Assembly (NCBI RefSeq): GCF_009914755.1
Contig: NC_060934.1
Origin: the human T2T-CHM13v2.0 reference genome, Homo sapiens
DNA length: 64,000 bases
Reading direction: 5' to 3' (one strand)
The translations under genes were made by a program, and so were the position numbers. Each line of letters begins with the position of its first letter. Position 1 is the stretch's first letter. This document shows positions 17,889 through 31,743 of this stretch, one piece after another. Under the pieces are notes generated by a model. That model worked only from the letters and a program-made list of their open reading frames with translations, was not told the DNA's origin and searched no databases.

Positions 17889-20800
17889 TTCCATTTTCTT
17901 AAAAATAACATTTGATTTCCTTTATGCATGTGTGGAGTGTACTTGTTTCCTTAGGCTGAGTAATAGGCAGATAAAGACGACACGAGGCAGGGTCCCCAAG
18001 TGGAGGCGGGGCGGGACGTGAGAGGATGGGGGCGCAGGGGAAAGGCAGGGCTGGATGACTCACGGGACTCTTGAGTGCCCATCAACGCACACGCACACAG
18101 TCTAACACTTTGTTTTTCAATTTTTTAAAAGACATCTAAAATTACTGAGAGATACAATTTCAGCAGTTAAATCTACAGACGGAAATCCAAGCACTTGAAC
18201 ACAATTCCTAACTCTAAGCTCAGTTATTGCACATCACACAGTTTAAGCAGGCTTCAGGCTGGAAAGCAGTTTGCTCTGCTGGGAACTTCCTCGGGATGTC
18301 TGGGTCTCCTTCTGTGGTGTCTCTCCCCTGGGACTGCCGCCAGCCCGCAGCCTCTCGACGACCCCAGGTATCAAAGCTCAGCCATTTGTTCTCCCCAGGG
18401 GCTGAGGGCTCGGGCTTTGGTGAAGCAGAGGGTCCCCGTGTTGATGCCAACGGACCCCACCCCCTCCAAAGTGAAGTTGGAAGCAGGTGAAGCTCATGGA
18501 AGGCTGAAGGCAGGCGGGCTGGAGTGAAGGGGGGTGACCACCCCCCACGTGTGGGACAACAGGGGGCAGTCAAGATGCCGCCACCCACCACCCCTCCCTT
18601 CCAAGCTCCCAGGCCATGCTTCCTTCTCCATCACCCTTGGACCCTCTCTGAGTGGTCTCTCAAGGCACATTTATTTTCTCTGCTGCAACCTACCAGATCT
18701 GACATCCACCTCCCCCAGCACCCATGGGCCAAGGAGGCCTGGGGCAGCCAAGGGGAGTTCCAGGACCAAGCAAGCAAGAAACCGTTCTTTGAACACATGG
18801 TTAAGCTTCTTCCAGCATGGCCCTAATTCCCCTACCTGCCTAAGCCAGGGGAGTGGGGGCAGGAAGGAGCGAGGCATCGAGGAGAGGGCACTGGAGGGGC
18901 TGGGTGGCAGGCCCCTTGGTCAAGGTCACAAATCAAGGAGCTGAGGAAGGACCGATCTGCAACCTTGCTCATGAGGAAACCTTAACCTTGTCTAACAAAA
19001 AGCCACTTTGAGGCCGCCCTTCAGCTCCACAGGGAGCTGCTGTTTTGTCTACCTTTTGAGGGGACCAGTCTCAGTAGGGCGAAAGGCAGTGTGGGGGCTT
19101 CGGAAACAGGCAAGGCTGGACCCCTGCAATCCTACCAGAGGCTAGTTCAGTCCCTTTTGCTTTCTTCCTAAAACATATTTACAAGGACACACAAACGTGC
19201 ACAGCCAGAAGACCCAGAGACAGAGAGAGCACGTGTCCCAGGAGCGGAGGGTGACATCAAGAGGACAGGGGACACCCTTCCTCTGAACTCCTTCCTTCCC
19301 CAGGCCCCCCAGCATCCTTAACAACCCCCACCCCCACCCCGAGGAGGAAAGTTCCAGAACTCCAGCTGGGACAAATGGAAGAGATAGGTAGACTCCAATC
19401 CTAGCAAGAGCAGAAGTTTCAAGTAGCTCCGAGTCAGAGGCGCGGCTGCCTCAGAGAGCAGAGGGCTGATGTGGAACAGCATTTCCCTGAACTGAGCCGG
19501 GGCTGGAGTGGGGAGGTGAAGGACAGAGAGAGGACAGGAGAAAGAGGGGACTGGGGGACCTGGAACGACGCGACACCTCAACAATCAGAACTGGGCTGCG
19601 GAATGGGAAGCAGTTTATGGAGTTAAGTGGGGCTCTGCTATTTCCCCCAAGAAGGACTCGGAAGATGTTGATTCCAGGGCAGAGTGAGGGGCAGACAGGA
19701 TGAGGCTCTTCTGTAAAGTCCAACAGACGCTCACAGATGCTGGGAGGCTGGGGACTGCCAGGTTGGGAGCCTCACCCAGAGAGCCTCACTGCATTGACCC
19801 CACACCCACCACTCACCCAGCACACAGGGGGCCTCTCCTCACGCTCCCAGGCCACCAGGATGGCCCCCAGGTTCACACACAGGCACACGCACACACGCTG
19901 CACTCACCACGCACTGAAGGGCATCACAGCCCCAAGTCTGGGTAAGAAATTCTCCACCAAAGGTGTTAAGGAATTTGCTTTGCTGAGGAGAACTGGATGG
20001 GTGGGGGAAAACAGCAACAAACAAACAAAAGAAATGCACAGGGCCTCTTCTCATCTGGTGAGATGAGCTCACACTGCTCAGGGGATGTTGGGGAACAGCG
20101 AGGTGTGAGGTGTGGCCTCAGAGCCCGGCTGCACCTGTCCTGTTCCCTCTGACTTCTCACTTTTCCACATTGCAGGCTTCAAAACAGAGCTTGGGGAAGC
20201 CCCTCTGCGGGGCAGCCCTAGGGAATCCTCAGAGGGGCCAGAAGGAAGCCCTGGGGGCTGAGGGAAGTGGGGCTGGACATGGCCTGTGGGTGGCTCTCCC
20301 CTGGCAGGAGGAAGATCATGGTCTCAGAGTGCGGAAAGGCTGCAGCTTTCGGCAGCTGCTTCTCTCCGGGGTCTCAGGGACAGCTCTCTCTGTTGGTCTG
20401 GGCAGGACAGGAGTGTTAAGGGTCAGGGAGGAGGTGGGCACACACCCCCTTAGCCTAGACCCAGGCTCCTTGCCTGCTGCTCCTGGCCCTCAGGCGCCCT
20501 CAAGTGGATGAGGGGACCCCAGCAAGGGGGATGGAGGCAGGAGTTGCACCAAGGGGGAGCCAGGCAGAGGTCAACTGTGTAACCACCACCCAGTGTCCCC
20601 AAGAGAGCAGCCCAGATCATGGCTCCACCACGAGACCCAGAGAAAAGGGACAGGCTATTCCAGGGTCTAGGATTCAGAGCTGCCCCATCTCAACACCTAA
20701 AAGCTCCCCCAGGCTCTGCAGCCACAGCCTCCTCCTGCTGAGCCGACCCCCTCTCCTCACCCTGTTCTACCTGCACCACCTGGGCCACCTGGGACAGACC

Positions 20801-21128
20801 TCAGACAGCTTGGCGAGGCACCCTGTCCCTGGCCTCTCAGCTGCTGCCCTCCTCCTCTGCCGCCACCACCTTCATTCTCCGCCTTGGGTTAGGAGAGCTT
20901 CTCTAGTGTTTGGGGATCCGGCAAAGGGACAGGGCTTGCTGTGGCTGGGCGTCCTGGCCCGTCTCATCTGAGGCTGGTGGGGATGTCACACCACATCGGC
21001 CCAGTTTTGGGAGGACCTCAGCTGGTAGACAGCTCCCTGCCCCTCCCTCCCCTTTGCAATGGGGACAGGCTCGCAGGCCAGAGCTTGACCTCAGAAGCAA
21101 GAGGGAGAAGGGCAGACAGGGGTCGGTT

Positions 21129-21172
21129 GAGCCAGGGTAGAAACCAAGGGGAGCCAGGGTAGAAACCAAGGG
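21129..21172. repeat. Perfect 22-bp tandem duplication in SPOCK2 3'UTR
   Basis: GAGCCAGGGTAGAAACCAAGGG twice. Confidence 0.95.
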
Positions 21173-21365
21173 GTCAGGGCTGGGCTGGAGGACACGGCTG
21201 GGGGATCTCATTTCATGGATTTTGACCTGTCAATTTGTATTTGTGTGTGAATGTATTTTAAAACCAACAACAAAAGGAAAGAAAACAGCTACAAGGAGGC
21301 CGAAGGGGCCTTTGGGTGACTCACTCTGCCAGGAGCAGTGTGGATCAAGGACACATTTGTCAGCG

Positions 21366-21470
21366 CATGCCACACACACACACACATACACACATGCATG
21401 CACACATGCACTCACACTGTCACCCGTCCCAGCCATCTGTGCCACACACATGCCATGCACACTCACACTC
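21366..21470. repeat. CA-rich (UG-rich in mRNA) simple repeat in SPOCK2 3'UTR
   Basis: (CA)n interrupted by CATGCA. Confidence 0.9.
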
Positions 21471-21592
21471 CCAGTCCCCCCAGGTGGAGCAGGGTCCTTC
21501 TGACTGCATTTCTGGATCCGTTCTCGAAGTTGCCTGCTGCTGCTCAGAGCTCTGCTGTTGAGTCCCCCCCGGCAGCCGGCTCCTGAGGGCGT

Positions 21593-21738
21593 CTACCAGA
21601 TGTAGCCCCCGTCGTCAGCCTCGCCTGCCTCGCCCTCCTCCTCCTCGGCCTCCTCGCCTGCTTCCTCCGTCTCCTTCTCCTCCTCATCCTCCCAGCCGAC
21701 ACCGCTTCCAAAGTCCCCCGAGAAGCCCACGATGTCAT
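21593..21738 (-). CDS. SPOCK2: SPOCK2 last coding exon: acidic tail with two Ser-Gly glycosaminoglycan attachment motifs (FSGDFGSG), ending GYIW-stop
   Basis: CACAG|ATGAC acceptor; TAG at 21593-21595; all exons sum to 1275 nt = 424 aa plus stop. Confidence 0.97.
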
Positions 21739-21857
21739 CTGTGAGGGGATCAAGCCAACAGGGGGTGAGGGAGCTTCTGGCACGCACCCCCCAGCATCCC
21801 ACGACAAGGGCCCCCAGGCCTGGGCCCCCAGCAGGCCCTGAGCTGCCCAGCCCGTAC

Positions 21858-21995
21858 CGCAGTCGGGGCTCCCATGCGTGCGCGTGCCAGTCAGCTCCAG
21901 GCCCAGCTGGTCCACACACCAGCAGTCACCGCTGCTCTGGTCACACTGCATCTTCCGGTAGTAGCCATCCTCGTCGCAGCTCGGGATGAAGATGC
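21858..21995 (-). CDS. SPOCK2: SPOCK2 coding exon 10 (thyroglobulin type-1 domain, CWCV motif), 138 nt
   Basis: IPSCDEDGYYRKMQC...CWCVD; TTCAG|GCATC acceptor; weak GCG|GTACGG donor. Confidence 0.97.
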
Positions 21996-23010
21996 CTGAA
22001 TGAGACAGTGCCAGGCAGGGTCAGAGCAGGGGCCCAGGCTGTGGGCCCCTCAGAGAGGTGACCTCAGGTCCTCATGCATGAGCAGAAGTCTATACACCCC
22101 CAGAGCCCAGCCAGACCGGGTGCTGACCCCCCAACAGGCCCAGATGCTGAGAGCTGGACACCAGCCAGCAATTCTTTCGGCTCTACTCGCTGGAGATGAG
22201 GAAACCCGCTTCCTTGAACCACTGCTCAGGCCCCTGTGCTAGCTCCCAGCCGCCCCATCAGTTTCCCTGACTCCATGGCCCAAGTCTTCTAGGACAGCCA
22301 GTCTGACTTCACCAGGTTTGACACTCTCCATCCTCCCACAGTTCCGCCGGCCTGGCTGTCCCCTGCTAGGAAGGCCCAGCCTTCTCCTCCCAGCCACTCT
22401 GAGTCCGACCTGCCTCCGGGGCCCACTTGCTTTCCTGCAGGCTCCCCAGCTGAAGCTCCCAGGCGCCTGTGTACAGGTCACACTGCTAGTTCTGTCTTTT
22501 TAGTGTGTCCATTTGTGTGTTGTGTGTTTCCGGACTGGCCCGAGCTAAAGGGTTATGAGGCCAGGGAGTGCATCCTTCTTGCCATCCGCTCAGAGTTGGG
22601 CTGGGTCTATTGCTGTTGTATCTCTGGGGCCGGCCCCCAGGTGTTTATGGAGCATGTGAGTGAGTGTCACTCAGGGAGTGGCCTCACTAAAACATTAGTC
22701 ACACCCTTGCTGAAGGAAACTGAACTCAGTGGAGGGTTCCAGGATCCTTCTGTATCCCAAACTCTAGCTCCAGCATGGATGGGCATAAAATTAGTGCCTA
22801 AAACACACTTTTCCCGGGGCAGATTGGGAGTCCCTGCCCCACCACAAGGATAGACACAGGAAGGGGGCAACCCTCTTCTGTCTTCCTAGGCCAGGGCCTC
22901 CTCTGGGCTCCATGTCTGCCATGAGGCCCAAGGCTGGAGGCCCTGGGTCTCAGACAAACCCAGGAAGCCGTCCCCACCTCCTCCTCTGAGAGCCTGGTCT
23001 GGCCCCTCAC

Positions 23011-23073
23011 CTGGCTTCTTCTTGGCGGCCTCCTGGATCTGGATGCGCTCCAGCTCTGCCAGGCAGGGGGGCT
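23011..23073 (-). CDS. SPOCK2: SPOCK2 coding exon 9 (start of thyroglobulin type-1 domain; KPPCLAELERIQIQEAAKKKP), 63 nt
   Basis: CACAG|AGCCC acceptor; CAG|GTGAGG donor. Confidence 0.96.
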
Positions 23074-23318
23074 CTGTGGGGAGAGAAGCAGCCTCTGATG
23101 GGACTGTCCCCTGGTGCTGGGGGGATGCACTGAGCCCTTCAAGGCTTAGAGACCCAGGCAGGGGCTCTGCAAGATGAAAACACCCCGTTTCTGACACGGG
23201 GTCACCCCACAGCAGGGGTGGGAAGTACAAGGGTTCTATGGCACGAAAACGCTCACTCTCTATTTAGGGGAGCTCATTCCACAGCTGTGGATGACCTGAG
23301 GTCCCCAAGAAGTCCTAG

Positions 23319-24400
<1,082 letters not shown>

Positions 24401-24639
24401 TAACCGGCAGCCAGCCTCTAACTTGTCTGCGACCTTGGGAAGTCCCCACCTCTCCAAGCTGGAAGCCTGCCTGGTTGTAAAATGAGGACAGTTCCCGGCC
24501 TCCTGCCCAAGAAAGTACAGAATGGATGGAGTGGCCTTCAAAGGCCCAGAAAGTCAAAGTGCTGGAGTGATGCTGGTCGCAGGAGGGCTGGGCAGTCAGA
24601 GTGGTGAAACAGATCACAATACCACACATTTGCAGAGGG

Positions 24640-24830
24640 ATTTGTGAATTACACGGTGCTCTGCACAGATTTTCTTGGCTCATCCTCACAACAGGCTCCA
24701 AGATAGGTATTGTTATTTCCTGACGCAGATGAAGAAGCAGAACTCAGAAAGATGTGGTCACTTGCCGGGGGTCCCTGACTAGCGTATGGTGGGGCCCGGG
24801 CTGAAGCTTTGGGCCCTGACTGCCGATCCC
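24640..24830 (-). mobile_element. MIR
   Basis: ATCCTCACAACA...AGATAGGTATTGTTATT...CAGATGAAGAAGCAGAACTCAGA. Confidence 0.65.
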
Positions 24831-25164
24831 CCACCAAGATGGGGAGAAGCATCCAGTGAGGAACACCAGGGCTTCCCCAGCTCCAGCCACACAGGTCAGG
24901 TGAGCCTGGGGACCTCCATTTTCCGAGATGACTCTGGTTTGAAAGCTCTGGTTTCAGGTATATTCAGCTGAGAAATTTCATCACATCTCTAAGGCTGATG
25001 ACAACGTATGTAATCACTTATTGGTGGCACAAAATTTAAGATGTGCCTAAAAGAAGAATCACCGAGAAGCAAATGCATCTTCACCTCTAAGACCCTCACT
25101 TGTACAGCCCCTTCCCAAGCCCTCTGAGGGGCCCCAGAAAGTTTACATTCGTTATTTTTCATAT

Positions 25165-25453
<289 letters not shown>

Positions 25454-25734
25454 TAACTCTTTCTTAAAGAAGACCTCCAAAAGTATATAAGCTTCAGGAC
25501 CCACAAAATCTGGATCCGCCTGGGAGCCTGCCAAGGAAGGGAGCTGAAAGTGTTGGCTTCCCTGGGCCTTAAGGGATGAAGCCCTAAGGGAGTGCAGGAA
25601 GTGGGCAAGCTGGGAAAGTGCTGGGCCTGGGGACGTAGCCAAGAAAGAGCCACTCTGACTTCCCAAGAGAGCCTGGAACTTCGGGTAGAGCCCACACGGG
25701 TGAGGCAGGGGCCTGGGAGGGGGGCTGCACTCAC

Positions 25735-25953
25735 TCTCCCTCCAGAAGCAGAAGCACCACTCAGCAGTAGAGACCCGGCCATCCTTGTAGGTGTCACAGG
25801 AGTTGAAGAAGGGACGGATGCAGACCTCGTACTTGTCCAGGTTGATGGCGGCCAGCTCCGTCTGGTCCAGGAAGAGGTCAGCACTGGTGTCCAGCTTGGA
25901 GAACATCCAGCCAATGGAGTCCTTGCAGCTGGCCCCCAGGCTCTTGTCCAGCC
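25735..25953 (-). CDS. SPOCK2: SPOCK2 coding exon 8 (EF-hand pair of EC domain; GLDKSLG...AEWCFCFWRE), 219 nt
   Basis: EF-hand loops DTSADLFLDQTE and DTYKDGRVSTAE; CCCAG|GG acceptor; AGA|GTGAGT donor. Confidence 0.98.
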
Positions 25954-26445
25954 CTGGGAAAAGATCAGGTTCAGGCACGCTTCATCTGGCTATTCAGCCG
26001 TTTCTCCAGCCCTCCATCTCTCCGCCTCGCCATCAGCCCCAGCCCTCTATTCTGGGTCTGGGCAGCTTGGAATCTAACCATGGGATTGAGAAACTCGAGA
26101 ACGGCGAAAGGTCCTTCCTTCCACCTCCACATAGGACTATGCCTGAACCATTCAAAACCCGTTCTGAAAGCCCTGCAGGGAAAAGAATTCCTGCTTTCCC
26201 TGGGCTACCCATGTCAGGGTTTAAGCTCCCTCCACCCATGTTAAGTTCTTCCTACTAGCTAACTGGTATCCCTCCTGCTCTGGTGGAAGCCGACTTCTTT
26301 GGGGTGAAGGTTCTTTTGGGGCCCAGATTGTAGGGCCCAGAGTCTGGCAGGAAGGAACAAGGGCAGACTGGCCCAGCATACACCTGTGTCCTCAGCCCCT
26401 TCCCTATTTCCCTCCCTCCTCCAGGCAGAGCAGCAAGCTTCCTAC

Positions 26446-26565
26446 CGCTGGCCGGGCCGGCTACACTGCTGGCTGAGCCATTCTGCTTGGAGTTCTCATG
26501 AAGGAGCTGGAACCAGTCCCGCAGCCGATCTCCCAGGTCAGCCAGGTCCTGACCGGTGCAAGTCT
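26446..26565 (-). CDS. SPOCK2: SPOCK2 coding exon 7 (start of SPARC extracellular Ca-binding domain; ETCTGQDLADLGDRLRDWF...AGPAS), 120 nt
   Basis: RLRDWF motif typical of SPARC/testican EC domain; TGCAG|AGACT acceptor; GCG|GTAGGA donor. Confidence 0.97.
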
Positions 26566-27019
26566 CTGCAGAACAGAGAGAAGGCATGGAGGGCGAATGT
26601 GCAGTGGAGCAGCAGGCTCGATCTCAGTCTGGGATCCTGCCCTACAGGCCAGGAGGCTGGGCAGGGGTCCGGGAGGCAGCAGCAGAAGGGAAGGTGGAAA
26701 TCGGGGGCTTCCTCTCGAGTCCTCTCCCATTTCCCACCACCCACTCCTTCCTGGCATGAAAAACACACAGCCCAGGTTCCTTGTGGCTGAGTCCCTCCCT
26801 CTGCCCACCTTCCAGGCACCCAGGGGAGAAACGAGGGCTGAGCCCACGCCTCCTGCTCTGTGTTAATCTGGGCCTCTGACCTCACAGCTCCCTCAAGCTT
26901 TCTGCATTTTTGCCACTTCCCTCTTGCTCTGCACACCTCTTCTACCACCCTAGAGCCCTGAAGGAGGTGCCAGGTGGCCCTTCAGCACCCCTAGCCTGGT
27001 GGCCCAGCACTGTCCTCAC

Positions 27020-27134
27020 CTGGTTTGCCATCGGCGGTGGAGGTGGCAGCCTGCTCCGTGGGGCAGGGGCAGGGGCCCTCGCATCGCACCGCCAGCTGCT
27101 TGCTGCTCAGGCACGCCTGTTGCTCCAGCTTACA
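27020..27134 (-). CDS. SPOCK2: SPOCK2 coding exon 6 (Kazal second half; CKLEQQAC...ADGKP), 115 nt
   Basis: TGCAG|TGT acceptor; CAG|GTGAGG donor; appears in ORF 26991..27242. Confidence 0.97.
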
Positions 27135-28155
27135 CTGCACATGGGGAAAGGTGGAACAGGGGACTGAGGGCTTACCCCAGGGGTCCCCACAGCTGGGGAC
27201 ACCCTCAAGCCTCTCATGGCAGCCACATCTGCCTCCCCCCATGGAGTGCCCATGAACAGCCTGAAGGGTCCTCTTGGTTCCTCTGCAGACTGAGGTGCAC
27301 GGTGGAGAGAAGCAGGGCCCGGGAAGCAGGGCTCAGAGCTGGTCCTAGCCATGCAGGCTCCCATGAGCCTGCTCGGCCCTCTCTAAGGATTTGTCCCTCC
27401 CAGGACACCTGTCTCCCCTCCCCTGCCCCTGTCACCCCTCCCCTGCCCCTGTCGCCCTTCCCCTGTGTTAGCTGTCTGTTGCCCCCCTGGCTCTCATGGC
27501 CTGTTCCTTGGTCCCTCTGTAATCAGCCATCAGCCCTTCCCTCAATGATCTCCCCCCAGTCACCCCAGTGGACTTTTCTCAGTTCTCCTGATAGGACACA
27601 GCACCGCCTATGGAGCATCTAACAATTCCTCGGCCTTCGCTAAGAACTGCTTCTGCCACAGCTGCCTGCTAAAGCCAGGTTCTGACCAGGGCCTTTTCTC
27701 CTGGTCATATCTCTTTCTTCTCATGGGGCGGCTGCTAATGGGAAGCGGGTCATCACAGCGCTCGACAACATTATCTCACTTGGGAGGCTTGGGTTTCTCC
27801 TGCTCAGCAGAGAACAGCAAGGCGCACAGAGGCCCAGTGACTTGCCCAAGGCCATGAGCCGGGATGAAAGCCAGACTTCCTGCTGACCTCCACCTCCCTA
27901 AAGGACAGCGTGACCCCTGGACCGGACCGCACTGCAGCGTCCTGCCCAGACCTCGCCCTGGCCTTGGGTTGTGGGACACTAGCTCCTCTTCTTCTCCTCC
28001 TCCTCTCTGCCAGCTCTGCCAGCTCCCCTGCACCCCTCTCACCTCCTAAATGCAGCCTCTGCCCTGGCCTCTTGCTCATTCTCTCTCTCCTCCCTTTCTT
28101 CTCCCTGGATGACCTCATCCCCACAGCAATGTCAATCATCACCCACAGCGGGTGA

Positions 28156-28590
<435 letters not shown>

Positions 28591-29144
28591 TAAAATTTTT
28601 TAAATGCTTTCTCAAATATTGTCTCCTGAAATCCTCATAAAAATCCACATAAGGTGCAAATTCATTCTCCCAATCGGTTCCTTCTTCCATCACCTTCTTA
28701 TGGAGGATTATTTCCTGCTGCCCCAGAAGGCCCCTGCTCACTGGTGAACACTGGCGCCTCCCTGTGGAAATCCTCCTTTCTTCCCCCACTAACAATTGGA
28801 TGCCAGAGCTCCTTCTTCCACAGCCCTCCACACTTGGCTGAGGTCTTCCCTCAGTTCCTTTGACTTGCAGTTACCTGACCATAGTGTCTCTTCCAGGCCC
28901 CACTCCCCACCTGCACCTGTCCGAGGTCAGGGACAGACAGGGTCTGGCTCCAACTCTCAGGTAGTTCCAGCCAGGGCTGCAGGTGGCCCCAGTATGGCTG
29001 GCTGCATTGAACACACTGACCTTGCCATCTGGCCCCACCTCAGTCCTGGAAACCCCTCCGGAGGCCCCAGCTGGGTCATCCTTTCTGCTTCCTGTGGCCT
29101 CAGGTGACTCCACCCCCACCCTACCTGGGGCCTGGGCTCCTCAC

Positions 29145-29259
29145 CACAGAGCTGTAAGTGTGGCCATCTGAGCCGCAGACAGAGGCAAGCTGGGCCATGT
29201 GGCAGGGCTTGCAGATGGAGTCTTTGTTTCCATGGAGTTTCACGGTCGGCTGCTTGATC
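29145..29259 (-). CDS. SPOCK2: SPOCK2 coding exon 5 (Kazal first half; IKQPTVK...VCGSDGHTYSSV), 115 nt
   Basis: Kazal motif VCGSDGHTY; TGTAG|GATC acceptor; GTG|GTGAGG donor. Confidence 0.97.
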
Positions 29260-29587
29260 CTACAGGAGAGGGTGGGGGGCACACCAGGGTGGAAGTGACA
29301 ATGAGGAAGGAGCAGGGGAAGGGAGGGCTGAGCAGACCTGTTCCAACAGGAAGGCAGCAGCAATCTTCAGCAGATCAGCCCCTTCCTGCCCCTGCCCACC
29401 CTCCCCACACTGCTGCCAGACCCTCCTCCAGCTCAGAAGGGTGGAACCAACTGAGCAGGGCATAAATTCCCCCAGCTTCTCTTCTTCTAGGAGTCACTGA
29501 GTCCCATGGGGCCTTCAGGTAGCAACTCCAGGTCTGAAGGCCAGAGGTAAAAGGGGGTCACACTTCACTTAGGGGGTCAGACCAAAT

Positions 29588-30337
<750 letters not shown>

Positions 30338-30539
30338 TAAATGTCCCTCACTCCTTTCTCCTCTGCAAGCTACAACCTCTCACAAGCTACCACCTTAAAT
30401 ATTTCATGAAGTCACTGCATGTCAGAGCTGAAAGGAACCTCAAATTATATGGTCTAACCTATTTGTCTTAGAGATACTACATCAAGGCCCAAAAAGGAGA
30501 TGTGACTTTCCCTGCATCCCACAGGGTTTGGTAATTGTT

Positions 30540-30902
30540 CTCATATGGTGTGGCTTTCTCCTTGCTCATCTCTTAAATGACTTACTTTAGGTGAAGGCAG
30601 CCGCCATGTTGTGAGGACACTCAAGCATCCCTATGGAGGGGTCCACATGATCAGGAACTGAGGCCTCCCACCAAGAGCATAAGAGTGAGCTTAGAAGTGG
30701 ATCCTCCAGCCCGACAAGCTTTCAGATGAAACAGCCCCAGCCAGCACCTTGACTATAACCTCAAGACAGACCCAGAGCCAGAACCATCTAAGAGAACCAC
30801 TTCTGGATTCCAACCCTCAGAAATGATGTCAGATAATACATATTTGCTGTTTTAAGCACTAAGTTTTACAATTTATTTAACAGCAGTAGATGGCTAATTC
30901 AT
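30540..30902 (+). mobile_element. MaLR LTR (MLT1F-like) ending ~75 bp from SPOCK2 exon 4
   Basis: GCCATGTTGTGAGG...GGAACTGAGGCCTCC...GAAGTGGATCCTCCAGCCC...TGCTGTTTTAAGCACTAAGTTTT. Confidence 0.75.
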
Positions 30903-30976
30903 AAGGAGAGGGTCAGTTGAGCCCTTGCTCTTTGAACACACCCCCTCCAGGGCTCCCACCTCCCCAAACCTCTCAC

Positions 30977-31091
30977 CTGTGCTCCAGCTTCTTGCGACTG
31001 ATGCACATGGCCCGCTGGTAGCCCTGGGCAATGCACACCTTGTGGCGGCTGCACTTCACCTTCTGGCAGGGGTCCTTGGTGGTATCCAGGG
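30977..31091 (-). CDS. SPOCK2: SPOCK2 coding exon 4 (Cys-rich follistatin-N-like; ALDTTKDPCQKVKC...KKLEHR), 115 nt
   Basis: TGCAG|CCCTG acceptor; CAG|GTGAGA donor; frame continuous with neighbouring exons. Confidence 0.97.
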
Positions 31092-31335
31092 CTGCAGGGG
31101 CACAGAGTCAGGACACAGGTCACCTGGGAGAACCCAGGAACCTCCAGCCCCACTTCTGAGCTGGGAGGCCTCTCCCTCCAGCAGCCCTTGATAACCAGAG
31201 CTCCTGAGCTCAGGAGTCCCATCCCCACCGGGGCCTGGCTGCTCAAGGAGCCCCCAAGCGGGCTAAGGGCTTGCCCTCTGGTCTCAAGTCTTCACACGTG
31301 TCAGTCACCTTCCCCCGCCGGGAGAGTCATGTTAC

Positions 31336-31381
31336 CTTCATCTCCTTGCTGATTGTCCTCCCAGCTCTTGATATAGTCATC
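31336..31381 (-). CDS. SPOCK2: SPOCK2 coding exon 3 (DDYIKSWEDNQQGDE), 46 nt
   Basis: CTCTAG|GATGAC acceptor; AAG|GTAACA donor. Confidence 0.96.
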
Positions 31382-31734
31382 CTAGAGGACAGAGAGGGAC
31401 AAGGGAGAAGGGAAAGGCTAAGATCCATATCCCAGAGGTTCAACTGCGGGGTCGAGGAGAGGCCTGGGCCAGCGATGTCATGTGCCAATGGCCGTCATCC
31501 TGGTGGCTGACCCCTGTCCACCCAGGCCCTGCCAGCTGCCTCCCCCACACCTCTATCCCTATAAACCCATGTCCAGAATCCTTTCCAGCCTCTCCCGTGA
31601 GCTCCTGATTGCTCCCATGCCACACTGGAGGCTGGCAGGGAAGGCAAGTCAGAATGAGGGTGTGGAGGGACACAGGAGGGGAGGGGGTGTGCTCTGCAGA
31701 GACCACACAGAGTGGGGTCCTGGGCAGTACTCAC

Positions 31735-31743
31735 CTCCACTTC
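31735..31743 (-). CDS. SPOCK2: SPOCK2 coding exon 2: 9-nt microexon (GAA GTG GAG = EVE)
   Basis: Long pyrimidine tract ...CTCCAG|GAAGTGGAG|GTGAGT; restores RFRD-EVE-DDYIK of testican-2. Confidence 0.93.

Larger units (their letters stand above)
17862..21592 (-). other. SPOCK2: SPOCK2 3'UTR (~3.7 kb)
   Basis: Repeat-poor stretch from the stop codon to AATAAA at 17883-17888; Alu/L1 density resumes just beyond. Confidence 0.8.
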
